Source of the DNA: a virus
Lineage: Duplodnaviria; Caudoviricetes
Length of the DNA stretch: 25,733 nt
Virus record (IMG/VR): IMGVR_UViG_3300037608_000028
Coordinates: 1-25,733 of that record
Strand: one strand, 5' to 3'
Numbering within the stretch: position 1 is the first letter of the stretch; every line of letters starts with the position of its first letter. The position numbers and the translations under genes are program-made. Positions 23,391 through 25,733 of the stretch are shown piece by piece. The notes under the pieces are model-generated. The model was given only the letters and a program-made list of their open reading frames with translations. It was not told the DNA's origin and did no database searches.

Positions 23391-25561
23391 GCGAAGCTGA
23401 TCTCAGCGCGCTCCTCGCAAAGCAAGAGGAACTTCGGCTTCAGGCCGAGGCCCTCAACGCGGAGATCCGCAAGCTTCAAGAGGCAGCAGCGCTTGAAGCT
23501 AAGCGGCTCGCGGACGAGGAGGCCAAGCGCAAGGCAGAGGAGGAGGCGAAGAAGCCGATCAACGTCTTTGTCACGTCGCTGACCGGCGGATCGCTTATGG
23601 TCGAGAATGACTTCCGACCTGATCTCCTCAGTATCATGACCTCGACGCCAGGGAGGATGTTCAGGGGATATGCGGAGAACAAGCTCGGGAAGAACATCAT
23701 TCCGATCAGTGAGTGGGGCCGTTTCCTCGCAAGAGTGAAGGACCTCCCAAGCGTCAACGTCATCTATCTCAACAAGGTGAAGGAAGAATTCGATTGGTAT
23801 CTCAACGCCCCACCGTGGGAGATCGACGTCCACCCATCCCGGAGGCACTTCCTCGCTCGGATGGGACCCCGGCAGAGCGGGCATCACATCCTCAGTCACA
23901 TACCTGGGGCTGAGTGGGATTGGGACAGCAAGTCTTGGAAGCTCCCCCTGAGTGAGGGGTGGAGGGTCCCGAAGGCCCTAGAAAGCGTCGAAGGGGTGGT
24001 CTACACTGAGGACGCAAGCTCCATCATCTTTGAGCAGGTGCGAGTGAGGTCGGAGCTTGACATCATTGCAAAGAAGGAGGACAGTGATGTCATCACCGCG
24101 CTCAACGGGAACACGTTCAGGCCTTTTCAAAAGGTCGGGGTGGAGTTCGCACTCGCATCCGGGGGAAGGCTCCTCAACTCGGATGACACGGGGCTCGGAA
24201 AGACCTGGCAAGCACTCGGGTATGCGGAGATCCGGCGAGGCGCCATCCCTGGGTTCCAGACTGTCATCGTTGCGAAGGCAGCGAACATCCCAAACTGGAA
24301 GCGGGAGGTCAAGCGCCTCACGGGGGAGGATCTCGTCGCGTGCGTTGGAGGGAAGCCCGAGTTCTTCACCATCCAGAAGATCATGAAGGAACGGGTACCG
24401 TATGTGCTCATCTCATACGATACACTCGGGGCATACCAAACGATCACGACACCCGAGGGCGAGGAGAAGAAGGTCTATCCCTGGGTCGCGATCTTCAAGG
24501 CGGGCAAACCAAACCTGCTCATCCTCGACGAGGCCCATCAGATCAAGACCCCCGACACACACAGGTCGAAGGCGTGTCGGATGCTCGCAGGGATCCCCCA
24601 CATCATCGAGCTGACGGCCTCACCCGTGCTCAACCGGACCATCGAGCTTTGGCCGCTGCTCTATATGCTCGATCCGCAGATGTTCAAGGTCCATGATCAG
24701 TTTCTCAATACGTATACATATGGGGGACGGCAGCCTCGGAACGTGGACCAACTCCACGAGCTTCTCAGGCCCATGTTCCTCCGACGGAAGAAGAGCGACG
24801 TGCTCAAGGACCTTCCTGCCATCAACCGGATCACGAGGTTTCACGATCTGAGCGAGAAGGCAGCGAAGGATTACGAGAGCGTCCTCGCAGGTGTGTATCA
24901 AGAGCTGGACGTGTATGATCCAAGCGGACTCGGTGGCACGACGATGAACGTCATGTCCATCCTCGCACAGATCACCCGGCTCAAGCAGGTCTGCGCGGCG
25001 GACAAGGTGGACTACACGGCGGATCTCGCGACGGACTTGATCGACGAACACGAGAACGGGGGCAAGGTCCTCATCTTCTCTCAGTTCAAGGGGACAGCAC
25101 TCGCAATCGCGAACAGGCTGGGGTCCCAGGCGGTCTGCACAGTCAGGCGAACGGCGGATGACTTCGTGAGCCTCGACGCAACCCAACGGGACCAGCTCTT
25201 CGAGGACGCAAGGAACGATCCCAACGTCCGGTTCATCGTGACGACGGAAGCTGCAAAGGAAGGGCACAATCTGGAGTTCTGCAATTGGGTGATCTTCAAC
25301 GACCCACTCTGGACCCCGGCGGCGCACGACCAGTGTGAGGGACGAGCGTATGGCCGGCTCGCGAACCCCCATCCCATCGATAGCTTCTATGTCGTTGCGG
25401 ACGTGGATATCGAGAAGTGGATCATGGAGCTTCTCGACAAGAAACTCGCCATCATCAATGAGGCCGTGGAGAAGGTGGAGTCAACACGAGAACTCAACGA
25501 GAGCATTGGGATGGAACTCATCAAGAAGATGAAGGCGGAGATGTGGAGGAGGGGAAAGTGA
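23387..25561 (+). CDS. SNF2-family (SF2) helicase/ATPase with N-terminal coiled coil and HARP-like region
   Basis: FRPFQ..GV, DDTGLGKT, LILDEAH, LTASP, FLRRKK..VL.DLP, KVLIFSQF, EGHNL and WTPA..DQ.EGR motifs. Confidence 0.9.
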   Translation: MSEADLSALLAKQEELRLQAEALNAEIRKLQEAAALEAKRLADEEAKRKAEEEAKKPINVFVTSLTGGSLMVENDFRPDLLSIMTSTPGRMFRGYAENKLGKNIIPISEWGRFLARVKDLPSVNVIYLNKVKEEFDWYLNAPPWEIDVHPSRRHFLARMGPRQSGHHILSHIPGAEWDWDSKSWKLPLSEGWRVPKALESVEGVVYTEDASSIIFEQVRVRSELDIIAKKEDSDVITALNGNTFRPFQKVGVEFALASGGRLLNSDDTGLGKTWQALGYAEIRRGAIPGFQTVIVAKAANIPNWKREVKRLTGEDLVACVGGKPEFFTIQKIMKERVPYVLISYDTLGAYQTITTPEGEEKKVYPWVAIFKAGKPNLLILDEAHQIKTPDTHRSKACRMLAGIPHIIELTASPVLNRTIELWPLLYMLDPQMFKVHDQFLNTYTYGGRQPRNVDQLHELLRPMFLRRKKSDVLKDLPAINRITRFHDLSEKAAKDYESVLAGVYQELDVYDPSGLGGTTMNVMSILAQITRLKQVCAADKVDYTADLATDLIDEHENGGKVLIFSQFKGTALAIANRLGSQAVCTVRRTADDFVSLDATQRDQLFEDARNDPNVRFIVTTEAAKEGHNLEFCNWVIFNDPLWTPAAHDQCEGRAYGRLANPHPIDSFYVVADVDIEKWIMELLDKKLAIINEAVEKVESTRELNESIGMELIKKMKAEMWRRGK

Positions 25562-25733
25562 AGAAGCCAGTCACGGCATCAGAGGTGAGGGAGCAGCTCA
25601 AGAAACTCACACTAGGTACAGCCTTCCCCGACACACAAATGCGTCAGTATCTCGACGAGAAGGACATCTATATGAGATCATTCACGTCCTCGCTTCAGCT
25701 TCGGTGCCACGCAACGACCCATGAGCCTAGCCA
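25558..25733 (+). CDS. Partial hypothetical CDS running off the right edge (MKKPVTASEVREQLKKL...)
   Basis: GTG overlapping the helicase stop, GGAGG upstream, frame open to the window end. Confidence 0.5.
   Translation, partial: MKKPVTASEVREQLKKLTLGTAFPDTQMRQYLDEKDIYMRSFTSSLQLRCHATTHEPS

Noticed and set aside
1-25733. Genome-wide TGA reassignment
   Set aside because: Many genes end at TGA in tight ATGA/TGATG overlaps, and core genes are intact in the standard code. Only one in-frame TGA was found.

Overview
This window is a fragment of a tailed dsDNA bacteriophage (Caudoviricetes), most likely podovirus-like, with high GC. Bases 1-19701 hold a leftward (minus-strand) virion operon. In transcription order it encodes a small protein, a large LamG-type fibre-like protein, a holin-like gene, terminase small and large subunits, small membrane proteins, portal, scaffold, capsid proteins, two paralogous adaptors, a nozzle/stabilisation locus, a GNAT acetyltransferase and internal-virion-like proteins. 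Bases ~19700-21760 are a divergent control region with several palindrome families, two sigma54-consensus promoters, one stand-alone gene and a ~0.5 kb mirror-symmetric origin-like element. Bases 21760-25733 are a rightward operon of small genes and an SNF2-family helicase. The most unusual feature is a P22 gp10-like nozzle that appears split over three TGATG-coupled ORFs, with nested lectin and Ig inserts and an Ig domain itself split between two genes. Also notable are a 21-bp palindrome found four times at gene boundaries and a holin-like gene with a single in-frame TGA. All product calls come from motif recognition and gene order by eye; no database search was run.
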